From: Dendrobates tinctorius
Lineage: Eukaryota
Direction: 5' to 3'
NCBI RefSeq assembly: GCF_039654945.1
Contig: NW_027361708.1
Span: 14,570,001 to 14,634,000 of the forward strand
DNA: 64,000 nucleotides
In this document: positions 11,849 to 24,946 of the stretch, in pieces
How the letters are laid out: each line of letters starts with the position of its first letter
Numbering within the stretch: position 1 is the first letter of the stretch
Notes under the pieces: model-generated
Databases searched by the model: none
What the model saw: only the letters and a program-made list of their open reading frames with translations
Told to the model about the DNA's origin: nothing
Translations under genes and position numbers: made by a program

Positions 11849-14800
11849 GTACCTCCCCCTTGAGGAGGGGTCACCGAACCCTCATCCACGCCACCAGGGC
11901 GATCAGGGTGAGCCTGATGAAAGGCACGCACCAATCTTTTGGCATGAATATCAGAGGCAGAGACCCAGGCATTATTCTCCTGACCATAACCCTTCCACTT
12001 AACCAAATACTGGAGTCTCCGTCTAGCCAGATGGGAATCCAGTATCTTCTCTACCTCATATTCCATGTTACCTTCAACCAATACAGGGTCCGGAGGTGCC
12101 ACCCCAGGAACTACTGGTTCAACAAACCTCTTCAACAAGGACTTATGAAACACATTTTGGATTTTAAATGTGACAGGAAGAGCCAACCGAAAAGAGACCG
12201 GATTAATGATCTCCAAAATCTTGTAAGGCCCAATAAATCTAGGCTTAAACTTAGGAGAAGCCACCTTCATAGCAATATTTTTTGATGATAACCAAACCAT
12301 ATCACCCACTTTAAACTGGGGACCAACGGTCCTATGTCGGTTGGAAAACCGCTGGGCCTTTTCCTGGGAGAGAGATAATTTATCCACCACTTGGTCCCAG
12401 ATCTGGTGCATTCTCTCCACCACAGTGTCAACACCTGGGCAGGCAGAAGGCTCCACCTGCCCTGAAGAAAATCGAGGATGAAACCCAAAGTTACAAAAAA
12501 AAGGTGACATCAAAGTGTCAGAACTAGCTCTATTATTTAAAGCAAATTTGCCAAGGGCAAAAATGAAACCCAATCATCCTGATCAGCGGACATAAAACAT
12601 CTCAAATACGACTCCAAGGTTGGTTTGTTCTCTCCGTCTGCCCATTGGTCTGAGGGTGAAATGCAGAGAAGAAGGACAACTGAATTCCCAGCTTAGAACA
12701 GAACGTCCTCCAAAATCTCGACACAAACTGAACTCCTCTGTCAGATACAATGTTCTGAGGAATCCCGTGCAAGCGAACCACATGTTGCAAAAACAGGGGC
12801 ACCAACTCAGAAGAAGATGGCAACTTAGGGAGTGGTACAAGATGAACCATCTTAGAGAACCTATCACAAATCACCCAAATAACAGTCATTCTCTGAGAGA
12901 CAGGCATATCAGAGATGAAATCCATCGAAATATGGGTCCATGGCCTCCTGGGGACCGGCAAAGGCATCAACAACCCACTAGAGCGAGAACAAGGTTTAGA
13001 CCGGGAGCAAGTACCACAGGACTGCACAAAATTCCTGACATCACGAGACAAGGCGGGCCACCAAAAAGACCGACTCACCAGATCTCTAGTACCAAAAATA
13101 CCTGGATGACCAGCCAATGCAGAGCAATGAACTTCAGACATCACTCTCTTCTTCCACTGGTCAGGAACATACAACTTTCCACTGGGACAACGCTCAGGTT
13201 TGTCCTCCTGGAACTCTTCCAGAGCACGTCTCAAATCGTGCGAGATGGCAGAAAGAACTACCCCTTCGCCTAAGATGGTAGCAGGCTTGGTCACCACAGG
13301 AGAATCAGCAAAGAAGCTCCTAGAAAGAGCGTCAGCCTTGACATCCTTAGTGCCAGGAAGAAAAGAGACCACAAAATCAAAACGTGTAAAAAACAAGGCC
13401 CATCTAGCCTGTCTAGGGTTCAAGCGTTTGGCCGACTCCAGGTAAATCAAATTCTTGTGGTCAGTGAGGACCACGACTTGATGTTTAGCTCCCTCCAACC
13501 AATGTCTCCACTCCTCAAATGCCCATTTCATGGCCAACAGTTCCCGATTCCGCACATCATAGTTACGTTCCGATGGGGAGAACTTTCGGGAAAAGAAAGC
13601 ACAGGGATTCATTTTAGATGTTACAGGATCCTTTTGGGACAAAACAGCTCCTGCACCAATCTCAGAAGCGTCCACCTCTATCTGGAGCGGGAGTGAGACA
13701 TCAGGTTGCCGCAAAACCGGGGCAGAAGTGAATCTTCGCTTCAGCTCCTGAAAGGAAGAAACAGCCTCCGGAGACCAATTCAACACATCAGCACCCTTCT
13801 TAGTCAGATCAGTCAATGGCTTGGCAATACTAGAAAATTTTGCTATAAATTTCCGATAAAAATTAGCAAAACCCGAAAACTTCTGGAGGGCCTTCAAAGA
13901 AGTGGGCTGAACCCAATCATAAATAGCCTGTACCTTGGCCGGCTCCATTTCAATAGTTGACGGAGACAAAATAAATCCCAAAAATGAAATCCTCTGTACC
14001 CCAAAAAGGCATTTCGATCCTTTGACATACAGGGAATTCTCCCTCAAGATCCGGAACACAGTCCGAACATGTTCCACATGAGAATCCCAATCCTTGGAGA
14101 AGATCAAAATATCATCTAGATAGATAATCAAAAATTTATCCACAAAGTCTCGGAAAATGTCGTTCATGAAGCACTGAAAGACAGAAGGGGCATTAGTGAG
14201 CCCAAAAGGCATCACCAGGTACTCAAAATGTCCCTCCGGAGTATTAAACGCTGTCTTCCATTCATCCCCATGCTTAATGCGGATAAGATTATACGCCACC
14301 CTGAGGTCAAGCTTGGTAAACCAGCAAGCACCTTTAACTCTGGAGAATAGATCCGAAATCAGGGGTAACGGATACTGATATTTAATAGTAATTTTGTTGA
14401 GGGCACGATAATCATACAAGGCCTTAATGAACCATTCTTTTTGGCCACGAAAAAAAAAACAGCACCTAATGGTGAAGAGGATGGTCTAATATGACCCTTC
14501 TCCAACGCCTCCTTAATATAGGATCGCATAGCCTCGTGCTCGGGTACAGATAAATTGAAGAGCCGTCCCTTGGGAAATTTACACCCCAGGCTCAGTTCAA
14601 TTGCACAGTCATAACTCCTATGAGGAGGCAAAGACGCAGACTTATTCTCACTAAATACATCATAAAAGTACGCCAAATAGTCAGGAACATCATGCGGCTG
14701 AGGAGAGGTGGAAAAAAACGGAGCCTCGCTAAGGGCACACCGACAACCCCAACTCACCACAGACACAGATTTCCAGTCCAAAACTGGATTATGAATTTGC

Positions 14801-15895
14801 AACCAGGGAAACCCCAGAACAATGGTATCATGCAAATTATGCAACACCAAAAATCTGCAATTTTCTTGATGGTTTGGGGCGACCCGCATTACCACCTGGG
14901 TCCAAAACTGAGGTTTATTTTTCGCCAAAGGAGTAGCATCAATCCCCCTCAAAGGGATAGGCGTCCGCAGAGATATCATAGGAAATCCACAACGTTTAGC
15001 AAAATCCAAGTCCATTAGGTTCAGGGCTGCTCCCGAATCCACAAAGGCCTTGGCGGAAAATGTGGACAGGGAGCAGATCAGAGTAATTGCCAGAAGAAAC
15101 TTAGGTTGAACACCACCCACAGAAAACGTGTGTGCAAAACGTTTCTCTCGTTTAGGACAGACAGAAATAATATGCGAGGCATCTCCACAAAAAAACACAG
15201 CTTATTACGCTTTCTGAACTCCTGACGTTGCTCCCTGGACAAAACTCACATTGCATAGGTTCAGACACTTGCTCAACAGATGGCAACACCTCTCGTGCAG
15301 TCCTGCGTTCACGTAAACGCCGATCAACCTGAATGGCTAATGACATAGAATCGTCCAGACCAGAGGGAACAGGAAATCCCACCATAGTATCTTTTACGGC
15401 TTCTGACAAACCCTTCCGAAAGAGAGCTGCCAAGGCATTATTATTTCAGGCAGTAAGGACCGCCCACTTTTGGAATTTTTGACAGTACAATTCTGCAGAA
15501 TCCTGACCCTGGCTCAATGCCAACAGGGTCTTTTCAGCCTGATCAATAGCATTAGGTTCGTCATACAGCAACCCCAAGGCTTGAAAAAATGCATTCACAT
15601 TAGTCAGACTAGGATCATCAGGTTTCAAAGAAAACGTCCAATCCAGGGGATCGCCACACAGCAATGAGATGACAATTTTAACCTGCTGCGCGGAGCTCCC
15701 TGACGAGTTAGGCTTCAAGGCAAAAAATAATTTACAATTATTTTTGAAATTCAAAAATTTAGACCGATCCCCAAAAAACACATCAGGAGTAGGGATCTTT
15801 GGTTCAGCAGCATGTGAATGAGCAAGGTAGGCGGAAATTCCCCGCACTTCCGCAGCGAGCTGCTCCACATGATCAGACAATTGCTTTATCTCCAT
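11849..15895 (-). pseudogene. gag-pol polyprotein (Gag, CCHC knuckle, protease, RT, RNase H, integrase, chromodomain), broken by a stop and frameshifts
   Basis: Motifs: [14 protein letters not shown]; FVDSGA; YLDD; EVDAS and TDHKNL; HHCC plus SMDFI/SDRG/ERTNQ; GPY; EYEVEKILDS...YLVKWKGYG. Spread over ORFs 15446-15895, 15152-15433, 14359-15198, 12602-14419, 12583-12867 and 11710-12573. Confidence 0.95.
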
Positions 15896-18163
15896 TGAGA
15901 GAAAAAAAAATTCCCCCTACGGCCTCAGAGATATAGAGGAAAAATATACACACTTTTTTTTTTTTTAATTCTTTCCTGCTATTGAGTACCCTAGGATCTG
16001 CGGTATGGCTGGTGATTCTGTTATGAATGAGTCACCGTAGGAGGCAAAAATAGAAATGCTAGCTAAGTCCAGAAGCACTAACACAGATAGAAAGATAGAC
16101 TGAGTAAATGATGGGGCCTAAGCTAACTAGATAGGACAGGATAGGAAAGCTGCTGTCTGCAATCCGCGAAAAACCCTATCAAAATAAGAGCCCACAGACT
16201 GACAGGGAAAAAGGCCCTGAAGACACTAGGCTTCAAAAAGACTATGTCAGTACTCAGGTATTTTCTGAAGACAGAGCAAACCGACAAAAAAGGAATTCAG
16301 CTCACCCCAGCAGGGAATGGCAGAATCCAGAAAAGCAAGGCAAACTAAAACCAAAACACAAATGCAAAAGGGCAAAGCAGAAAACTTAGCTTTTGAGGAG
16401 CAGGAATCAGACTGGTCTCCTAGAATTCCACAGAGAATTCACCAGCGAGGCAGAAGGGCGTCGGCTGCCTTATATCCAGTCAGAGATCCCCGTCGCCCAG
16501 TCATCCTCTCCCAGCTCAGGTGCTTGGTAATCAGTCTCACTACCTTCCTTCACCAGAAGGAGTTCATCAGACCTCAATGGTGAAGGGGAAAATGAACTCA
16601 TAACAGTAACCCCCCAAAGTAGGATCGTTCTATGTCCCATGGAATGGTCTGAAAAAAGTATAATATTTTCGACAAAATATCCATCTTAAGGGCATTTATT
16701 CTCCCAAACCACGACAATGGAAGACACTGCCAAGCCCCTAACTCCTTCTCCACTGAACTCCTAAGCCGGAGAAATTTGAGCTTGAATAATTTCTGGGGGT
16801 CTGCCGGGATACGGATACCCAAGTATTTAATGGAATGTTTACTCCAGCGAAAAGGGAAACTAGACCTAAGTTGCTCCACCTCCCGATCCGGTAATGTTAT
16901 ATTAAGTAGCTCTGATTTCTGTAGATTAACCTTAAAATTACTCAACCTACTGAATCTTTCAAATTCCTTTAATATGGATGGCAGGCCTATTCCGGGAGAA
17001 GAGACATACAGCAAAAGTTCATCCGCAAATAAAGCTAGTTTGTGTTCTGTGCGACCGACCCGAATCCCCTGAATAGATTGGTTTTGCCTAAGTGCATTTG
17101 CCAACGCCTCCATGACTAAGATGTATAAATAGGGAGATAATGGGCAGCCTTCTTGCGTTCCATTTTTTATTGCAAATTGCGCCGACAGCTGTCCATTTAT
17201 TCGTACTCTAGCGGACGGGTCATGATATAAGGCCATAATCCAGTTTATCATCCTCTGCTGCATGCCTATCCCCTCCAACGTAGCTTCTAGAAAACCCCAA
17301 TGTACCCTATCAAAAGCCTTTTTGGCATCTACTGACAATAAGCATAAAGGAGTCCCCCTCGCTCGAGCCCCTGTAATCAGTGACACCGTCTTGATGGTGT
17401 TGTCTCATGCCTCCCTACCCGGGACAAAGCCCACTTGCTCTCTATGTATTAAATGTGGAATATGTGGGTTGAGTCTAAGTGCTATCATTTTAGAGTATAA
17501 TTTAATGTCCACATTAATCAGAGATATCGGGCAGAAATTAGAACAAATCGTGTGATCCTTGCCCTCTTTAGGTATCACGGTAATGAGTGCTTGCGTAGAA
17601 TGAAATGGAAAGTGGCACGTCTGAGATATATTATTGAATGCTTTCAACATGAGTGGGGAACACAGCTCCTGACATGTTTTATAGAACCTGGGTGTAAATC
17701 CATCCAGACCCTGACTTTTTCCTACGCTCTGAATGGCTTCCTTGAGTTCTAGTTCTGAAAAATACTGTTCCAAAGAATCTATCGTTTCCACTGGCAAGGT
17801 TCCCGGAGTATATTTCTCCAAGTATTCCACTATATGCTGTCTTGGTGCCGATACAGTGTTCTCTTGTTGAGTTAAATTATATAAATTGACATAATACTTC
17901 CTGAACTCTTCCAGTATTTCAGAGGTAGAATGCACCAGAGTCCCAGCTGAGGAATTTATACTTAAGATCGGGGTTTGTGCGAGCCTAGGATGTAGCGTTC
18001 TCGCTAGAGTTGAGCGAAACGGGTCGAAAAATTTCAAAAGTCGCCGACTTTTGGCAAAGTCGGATTTCATGAAACGAAACCCGACCCTAGGATGAGGTCG
18101 GCCACGAGGTCGGCGACTTACGCGCCAAAGTCGCGTTTCAAAAGTTTGTTTTGCGCTCTTTTT

Positions 18164-18311
18164 CAGCCAATCAGGATCCACGGACACTGTGGGCAACGTG
18201 ATGACATAGGCAGGGGTCACCACCATCTTTCAGAAGGGCATGCAAGTGATTGGCTTGCTTTGGTGGGCGTCACAGGGGGTATAAAAGGGCGTGCACGCCG
18301 ACCGCCATCTT
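18164..18311 (+). promoter_or_regulatory. Putative hAT transposase promoter
   Basis: CCAAT box (~18167), reverse CCAAT (ATTGG ~18249), TATAAAA 18280-18286 and YY1-like CCGCCATCTT 18302-18311, in canonical spacing. Confidence 0.6.
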
Positions 18312-18379
18312 ACTTCTGCCGATCTCAGTATAGGGAGAGGTTGCTGCTGATTCTGTAGGGAGAGCGTTAGGCAGGGAAG

Positions 18380-18792
18380 AAGACAAAAAAACTGCTTCTG
18401 CTGCTAGCGATTTGGCCTGCACAACACACCAGTCACTGTGTGTGCAGTGCAAGGGGAGGCTATATAGTGGTGTATCAGTGGTGTTGGTTGTTGGGCTGCC
18501 TTCTAAGGCTTCCTGACATTCCTGCATTGCTGTTTACCCACTGCTCCGCAAACTGCTTTTTTAAAAGCAATCCCAATTTTTTTTTTTGTCCTGCTGAGAA
18601 GAAAAAAAAACTGCTTCTGCTGCTAGCAATTTGGCCTGCACAACACACCAGTCACTGTATGTGCAGTGCAAGGGGAGGCTATATTGTGGTGTATCAGTGG
18701 TGTTGGTTGTTGGGCTGCCTTTTAAGGCTTTCTGACAGGCTGGCATTGCTGTTTGCCCACTGCTCTGCAAACTGCTTTTTTAAAAGCAATCC
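18380..18792. repeat. Two-copy ~219 bp tandem duplication inside the hAT
   Basis: AAAACTGCTTCTGCTGCTAGC...AAACTGCTTTTTTAAAAGCAATCC occurs twice with scattered differences. Confidence 0.9.
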
Positions 18793-21140
18793 AATCTCCC
18801 TTATCCTCTAGTCACTTTTGTCACAGCTGTGCCATCGAGCCTGTCACATAGCGCTCAGATATTCATTGGGCCTCACACAATCCAAAAGTGTCCAGTGTCC
18901 AAAAGTGTGTGCAGAGATTCAAAATCTCCCTTATCCTCTAGTCACTTTTGTCACAGCTGTGCCATCGAGCCTGTCACATAGCGCTCAGATATTCATTGGG
19001 CCTCACACAATCCAAAAGTGTCCAGTGTCCAAAAGTGTGTGCAGAGATTCAAAATCTCCCTTATCCTCTAGTCACTTTTGTCACAGCTGTGCCATCGAGC
19101 CTGTCACATAGCGCTCAGATATTCATTGGGCCTCACACAATCCAAAAGTGTCCAGTGTCCAAAAGTGTGTGCAGAGATTCAAAATCTCCCTTATCCTCTA
19201 GTCACTTTGGTCACAGCTGTGCCATCGAGCCTGTCACATAGCGCTCAGATATTCATTGGGCCTCACACAATCCAAAAGTGTCCAATGTCCAAAAGTGTGT
19301 GCAGAGATTCAAAATCTCCCTTATCCTCTAGTCACTTTTGTCACAGCTGTGCCATCGAGCCTGTCACATAGCGCTCAGATATTCATTGGGCCTCACACAA
19401 TCCAAAAGTGTCCAGTGTCCAAAAGTGTGTGCAGAGATTCAAAATCTCCCTTATCCTCTAGTCACTTTGGTCACAGCTGTGCCATCGAGCCTGTCACATA
19501 GCGCTCAGATATTCATTGGGCCTCACACAATCCAAAAGTGTCCAGTGTCCAAAAGTGTGTGCAGAGATTCAAAATCTCCCTTATCCTCTAGTCACTTTTG
19601 TCACAGCTGTGCCATCGAGCCTGTCACATAGCGCTCAGATATTCATTGGGCCTCACACAATCCAAAAGTGTCCAGTGTCCAAAAGTGTGTGCAGAGATTC
19701 AAAATCTCCCTTATCCTCTGGTCACTTTTGTCACAGCTGTGCCATCGAGCCTGTCACATAGCGCTCAGATATTCATTGGGCCTCACACAATCCAAAAGTG
19801 TCCAGTGTCCAAAAGTGTGTGCAGAGATTCAAAATCTCCCTTATCCTCTAGTCACTTTGGTCACAGCTGTGCCATCGAGCCTGTCACATAGCGCTCAGAT
19901 ATTCATTGGGCCTCACACAATCCAAAAGTGTCCAGTGTCCAAAAGTGTGTGCAGAGATTCAAAATCTCCCTTATCCTCTAGTCACTTTTGTCACAGCTGT
20001 GCCATCGAGCCTGTCACATAGCGCTCAGATATTCATTGGGCCTCACACAATCCAAAAGTGTCCAGTGTCCAAAAGTGTGTGCAGAGATTCAAAATCTCCC
20101 TTATCCTCTAGTCACTTTTGTCACAGCTGTGCCATCGAGCCTGTCACATAGCACTCAGATATTCATTGGGCCTCACACAATCCAAAAGTGTCCAGTGTCC
20201 AAAAGTGTGTGCAGAGATTCAAAATCTCCCTTATCCTCTAGTCACTTTTGTCACAGCTGTGCCATCGAGCCTGTCACATAGCGCTCAGATATTCATTGGG
20301 CCTCACACAATCCAAAAGTGTCCAGTGTCCAAAAGTGTGTGCAGAGATTCAAAATCTCCCTTATCCTCTAGTCACTTTTGTCACAGCTGTGCCATCGAGC
20401 CTGTCACATAGCGCTCAGATATTGATTGGGCCTCACACAATCCAAAAGTGTCCAGTGTCCAAAAGTGTGTGCAGAGATTCAAAATCTCCCTTATCCTCTA
20501 GTCACTTTTGTCACAGCTGTGCCATCGAGCCTGTCACATAGCGCTCAGATATTCATTGGGCCTCACACAATCCAAAAGTGTCCAGTGTCCAAAAGTGTGT
20601 GCAGAGATTCAAAATCTCCCTTATCCTCTGGTCACTTTTGTCACAGCTGTGCCATCGAGCCTGTCACATAGCGCTCAGATATTCATTGGGCCTCACACAA
20701 TCCAAAAGTGTCCAGTGTCCAAAAGTGTGTGCAGAGATTCAAAATCTCCCTTATCCTCTAGTCACTTTGGTCACAGCTGTGCCATCGAGCCTGTCACATA
20801 GCGCTCAGATATTCATTGGGCCTCACACAATCCAAAAGTGTCCAGTGTCCAAAAGTGTGTGCAGAGATTCAAAATCTCCCTTATCCTCTAGTCACTTTTG
20901 TCACAGCTGTGCCATCGAGCCTGTCACATAGCGCTCAGATATTCATTGGGCCTCACACAATCCAAAAGTGTCCAGTGTCCAAAAGTGTGTGCAGAGATTC
21001 AAAATCTCCCTTATTCTCTAGTCACTTTGGTCACAGCTGTGCCATCGAGCCTGTCACATAGCGCTCAGATATCAGTGGGCCTCACACAATCCAAAAGTGT
21101 CCAGTGTCCACAAGTGTGTGCAGAAATTCAAAATCTCCCC
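18793..21140. repeat. 18-copy 130 bp tandem array, near-identical units
   Basis: Unit AATCTCCCTTATCCTCTAGTCACTTTTGTCACAGCTGTGCC...GTGTGTGCAGAGATTCAA recurs every 130 bp with 0-2 substitutions; the last unit is more diverged. Confidence 0.98.
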
Positions 21141-21215
21141 TGTCCTATAGACACCTTGTACCTTGTTTTACATTACTATATAGTTTGTTGGATTTTGTCT
21201 ACATTTCTACCAAAA

Positions 21216-24200
21216 ATGAGGAAGGCTGGAGGAAGAGGCCGTGGAATTGGGCGGGGGTTGGCAGCTGGTAATGATGGTGTTGGTGGTGGATCTGATGGTA
21301 GTGGCAAGAGCAAAATAGGACCGAATGCAGGAGGTGTTGAGCCTGCGTCATCGTCTGGCTACATAAGGCCTCGAACGCTTAGTTTTCTAGGAGTTGGCAA
21401 ACCGCTTTTAAAGCCAGAGCATCAGAAAAAGTTTTGTCTTACATTGCTGACTCAGCCTCCAGCTCTATCGCCTCCTCTTCTTCAGTTGTAAAAAGTAAAA
21501 GCACTGAGTCGTCATTGGAGGCTCATGTTCATGAACCACACCTTTCCTTGTGTCCTTCACCCCAACCAAGATTGAAGGATGACGCAGGCCATACTACTGA
21601 TTACTCCATGGAGCTGTTTTCACATACCATGCCTGGATTATCAAGTGAAATGGTGAATTACCCAGGCCAAGATGAATCTGACATGGAGTGCACTGATGCA
21701 CAGCCGCTGATGGATGATTCTGCTGGTACATTCACTCAGAGCACTACATTGTCCTCGCAGTGTACAGAGCCAGATTCTGACCCTGATGAGACTCAGGTGC
21801 CCCTTCCCGCACACTATACCACCATACACGGTGACACAGAGGAAGGTGCACATGACATAGAAGAGGAGGTGATGGATGACCCAGTTGTTGACCCAGATTG
21901 GCATCCATTGGGGGGAAGAGGGTGCTGCTTCCAATAGCTCAGATGAGGAGCATCCACAGCAGACATCGACATCGCAACAGCTGTTATCTGGCAGGCCCGG
22001 AGCACTCCAAAGACAGGTTCCAAACATCAAAAGAGTTGCTGGACAGCTTGTCCAGAGGGTCAAAAGATCACAGCGTGCTAGGCCGCAAAATGTCTGCCAA
22101 AGTAGGAAGAGTGCAGTGTGGCACTTTTTTGAACAAAATCCTCATGATCAGGCCAAGGTTATCTGTAAGAAGTGCGCAAAGACCTTTAGCCGAGGGAAAA
22201 ATCTGAAAAATTTGAATACCAGTTGCATGCTTAGACATTTAACCAGCATGCACTTGCAAGCGTGGACACAACACCAAACCTCAAGTGCCACATGTGCAAC
22301 TGATCACAACGAAGGTAGTCAGCAACGCTACATTGTTTCCCCCACTGTAAGCCCACCGGTTAGCACAGCAGCAAATGTTGAGGTGTCGTTGCAAGGCCAC
22401 AGCAGTCAGGGAATCCCACTGTTATATCAACGAAAGACTGATTCTAGGCCATCAGAAAGAACACCAACTCCATCACCATCATCAACCCTCTCTCAGTCCG
22501 CCCTGTCCACCGCTACTTCCACCATATGCAGCTCTCAAGTCCAGCTCACCCTCCCAGACAATATGAGTAGGTCAAGAAAGTACTCAGTCTCTCATCCGCG
22601 TACACTGGGTTTGAACGCCCACATTGCCAAACTAATCTCGTTTGATATGATGCCCTTTCGGTTGGTGGAAAGCACAGCTTTCCGCGAACTCATGGCCTAT
22701 GCAGTACCACGCTATGACCTACCCAGTCGCCACTTCTTCTCTCGCAAAGCCATCCCAGCCCTCCACCATCATGTGAAAGATCGCATTGTCCATGCACTCA
22801 AGCAGTCAGTGAGCGGAAAGGTGCACCTCACAACTGATGCATGGTCCAGTCGGCATGGCCAGGGCCGTTACATGTCCATCACTGCGCACTGGGTTAATGT
22901 GGTGGATGCAGGGTCCACAGGGGACAGCGGTGGTGGGACAGTGCTGCCTAGCCCACGGTATAGGAAACAATTGGCTGTAGGCGTTCGACCCTCCTCCTCC
23001 TCCAGAAGCGAAAGCTCGTCCACAGAGCGCAGTCGTACGAGCACTCCATCTGCAGCTGCCACTGTTGCACACGATGTGTCCCCCTATCGAGCAGCTAGTG
23101 GAAAGCGTCAGCAGGCTGTGTTGCAGATGATGTGTTTGGGCAACAGACACACCGCCAAGGTGCTGGCCGAGTACTTGAAGCGACAAACTGAGTCATGGCT
23201 GGGCAGTGTACATCTTGAGGCAGGCAAGGTAGTTAGTGATAACGGCCGTAATTTTGTGGCAGCCATCGCCCTTTCAAAACTCAGCCATATACCTTGCTTG
23301 GCTCACACCTTGAACCTGGTGGTGCAGTGCTTCCTCAAAAATTATCCGGAGTTAACAGCCCTGCTCCAGAAGGTGCGAAGACTGTGCGCGCACATCCGCC
23401 GGTCGCCTGTACACTCCGTTCGTATGCAGAAGCTGCAGCGATTGCTCCACCTTCCCAACCACCGCCTCATTATCGACATTGCAACAAGGTGGAACTCCAC
23501 CCTGCACATGGTGGAGCGGCTGTGCGAGCAGAGGCAGGCCATAATGCATTTGTGGGAGGATACACGGCCAGGCACTTTGAGAGCAGACATGGAGTTGACA
23601 GGTGTGCAGTGGTCAAAGCTGAAAGACCTCTGTAAAGTCCTTCAGTGTTTTGAGGAATGCACACGGCTGGTAAGCGCAGACGACGCCATCCTAAGCATGA
23701 GCATCCCACTTATGCGTCTGCTCATGCAAACTTTGACGCGCCTTAAGGAGCAGGCGTCTGCAGCCAATGTTGATGAGGAGGAAGAGGAGGAGGGAATCCT
23801 TGATGACATTCAGCCATTGTCTGCTCAGGGACCTCTCCTGGACGAGGTGGAGGAAGAAGAGGAGGAGGAGGAGGATGATGGGGATGATTACTTAGGGGAG
23901 GAGGATGCATCTCGTGGGGCAAGTGAAAATGTTGGCGTGGCAAGGTCTGGTACAGGGTTTGTGCGTGACTGGAGGGATGTGGATTTGCCAGAAAGTGCTC
24001 CTCCAACCAGCACTCGCAGTGCATCATTGACACCGGGAACATTGGCCCACATGTCAGATTATGCCTTGCAGATCCTAAAAAGGGACCCACGCATTGCCAA
24101 AATGATGAACGATGACGACTACTGGTTGGCCAGCATCCTGGATCCACGCTATAAAGGCAAATTACAAAACATCATGCCACAGGAGAACCTTGACCTAATA

Positions 24201-24749
24201 TTGGCTAATAAACAAGCAACTCTGGTAAATCGGTTGCTTGAGGCATTCCCAGCACACAGCAGCGGTGATGGTTCTCACACGAGCCGTACGGGCCGGGGGC
24301 AGCTTGGCAAAGGTGTTCGTGGTGCACACAGCAGAAGTGGCGTTGGAGACAGGGGTTTCATGACAATGTTGTGGACTGATTTTTCAAGTACCGCTCACAC
24401 AACTGGTAATACTGCATCGATGGAAAGTGACAGGAGACAGCAGTTGTCAACTATGGTTACAAACTACTTTTCCTCCCATATCGATGTTCTCCCACACAGG
24501 TCATTCCCTTTTGACTATTGGGCCGCTAAACTGGACACCTGGCCTGAATTGGCCCAATATGCCTTACAGGAGCTCGCTTGCCCAGCTGCAAGTGTGCTAT
24601 CGGAAAGAGTCTTCAGTGCAGCTGGATCAATCCTGACAGAAAAAAGGACCCATCTGTCAACCCAAAATGTGGATGATCTAACCTTCATTAAAATGAACCA
24701 CGCATGGGTTTCCAAGGATTTTGTCCCACCTTCCTCTGATGACACATAG
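21216..24749 (+). CDS. hAT transposase with BED zinc finger (ZBED-like), ~1177 aa if two N-terminal frameshifts are corrected; uninterrupted ORF 21876-24749
   Basis: BED finger SAVWHFF...CKKC...RHLTSMH; catalytic TTDAW, VSDNG and SERVFS; CLAH (CxxH); RWNST; C-terminal dimerisation domain. Likely start MRKAGGRGRG at 21216; frameshifts near 21425 and 21912. Confidence 0.93.
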
Positions 24750-24946
24750 GGTGACAGAAAAATGGCTTGCTTTGGTCCACCTCTTCCTGGGACTTGACCT
24801 ATTTCACCTTTTGCATCAGCTGAATGTCCAACATCAACATATGCCACTTTCTAAAACTCCCTAACTGTGCTGCCTCCCCCCCATGGCCGGGGTCACCACC
24901 TAGCGCACGACACCGTGCGAGTGCCGTTGCCCTGGACAGGTGGGTA

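Larger units (their letters stand above)
10286..16605 (-). mobile_element. Ty3/Gypsy chromovirus (Tf1/sushi-type) LTR retrotransposon, rearranged, with three LTR segments (10286-10560 partial, 11259-11848, 16019-16605)
   Basis: TGTTATGA...TCATAACA LTR ends; flanking duplication GTAAC(C). Removing the element restores the L1 frame (YFGGLHRVMRKLVWH). PPT-like AAGGGGGAGGTAC precedes the middle LTR on the minus strand. Confidence 0.95.

Noticed and set aside
18793-21140. Regular array resembling a CRISPR locus, plus a ladder of 81-117 aa ORFs
   Set aside because: Units are identical end to end with no unique spacers, no cas genes and a eukaryotic context; the ORFs just follow the 130 bp period.
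21876-24749. Domesticated ZBED4/ZBED6 host gene
   Set aside because: Flanked by perfect TIRs and a TSD and inserted inside an L1 ORF; it is a transposon copy, so no gene symbol was given.
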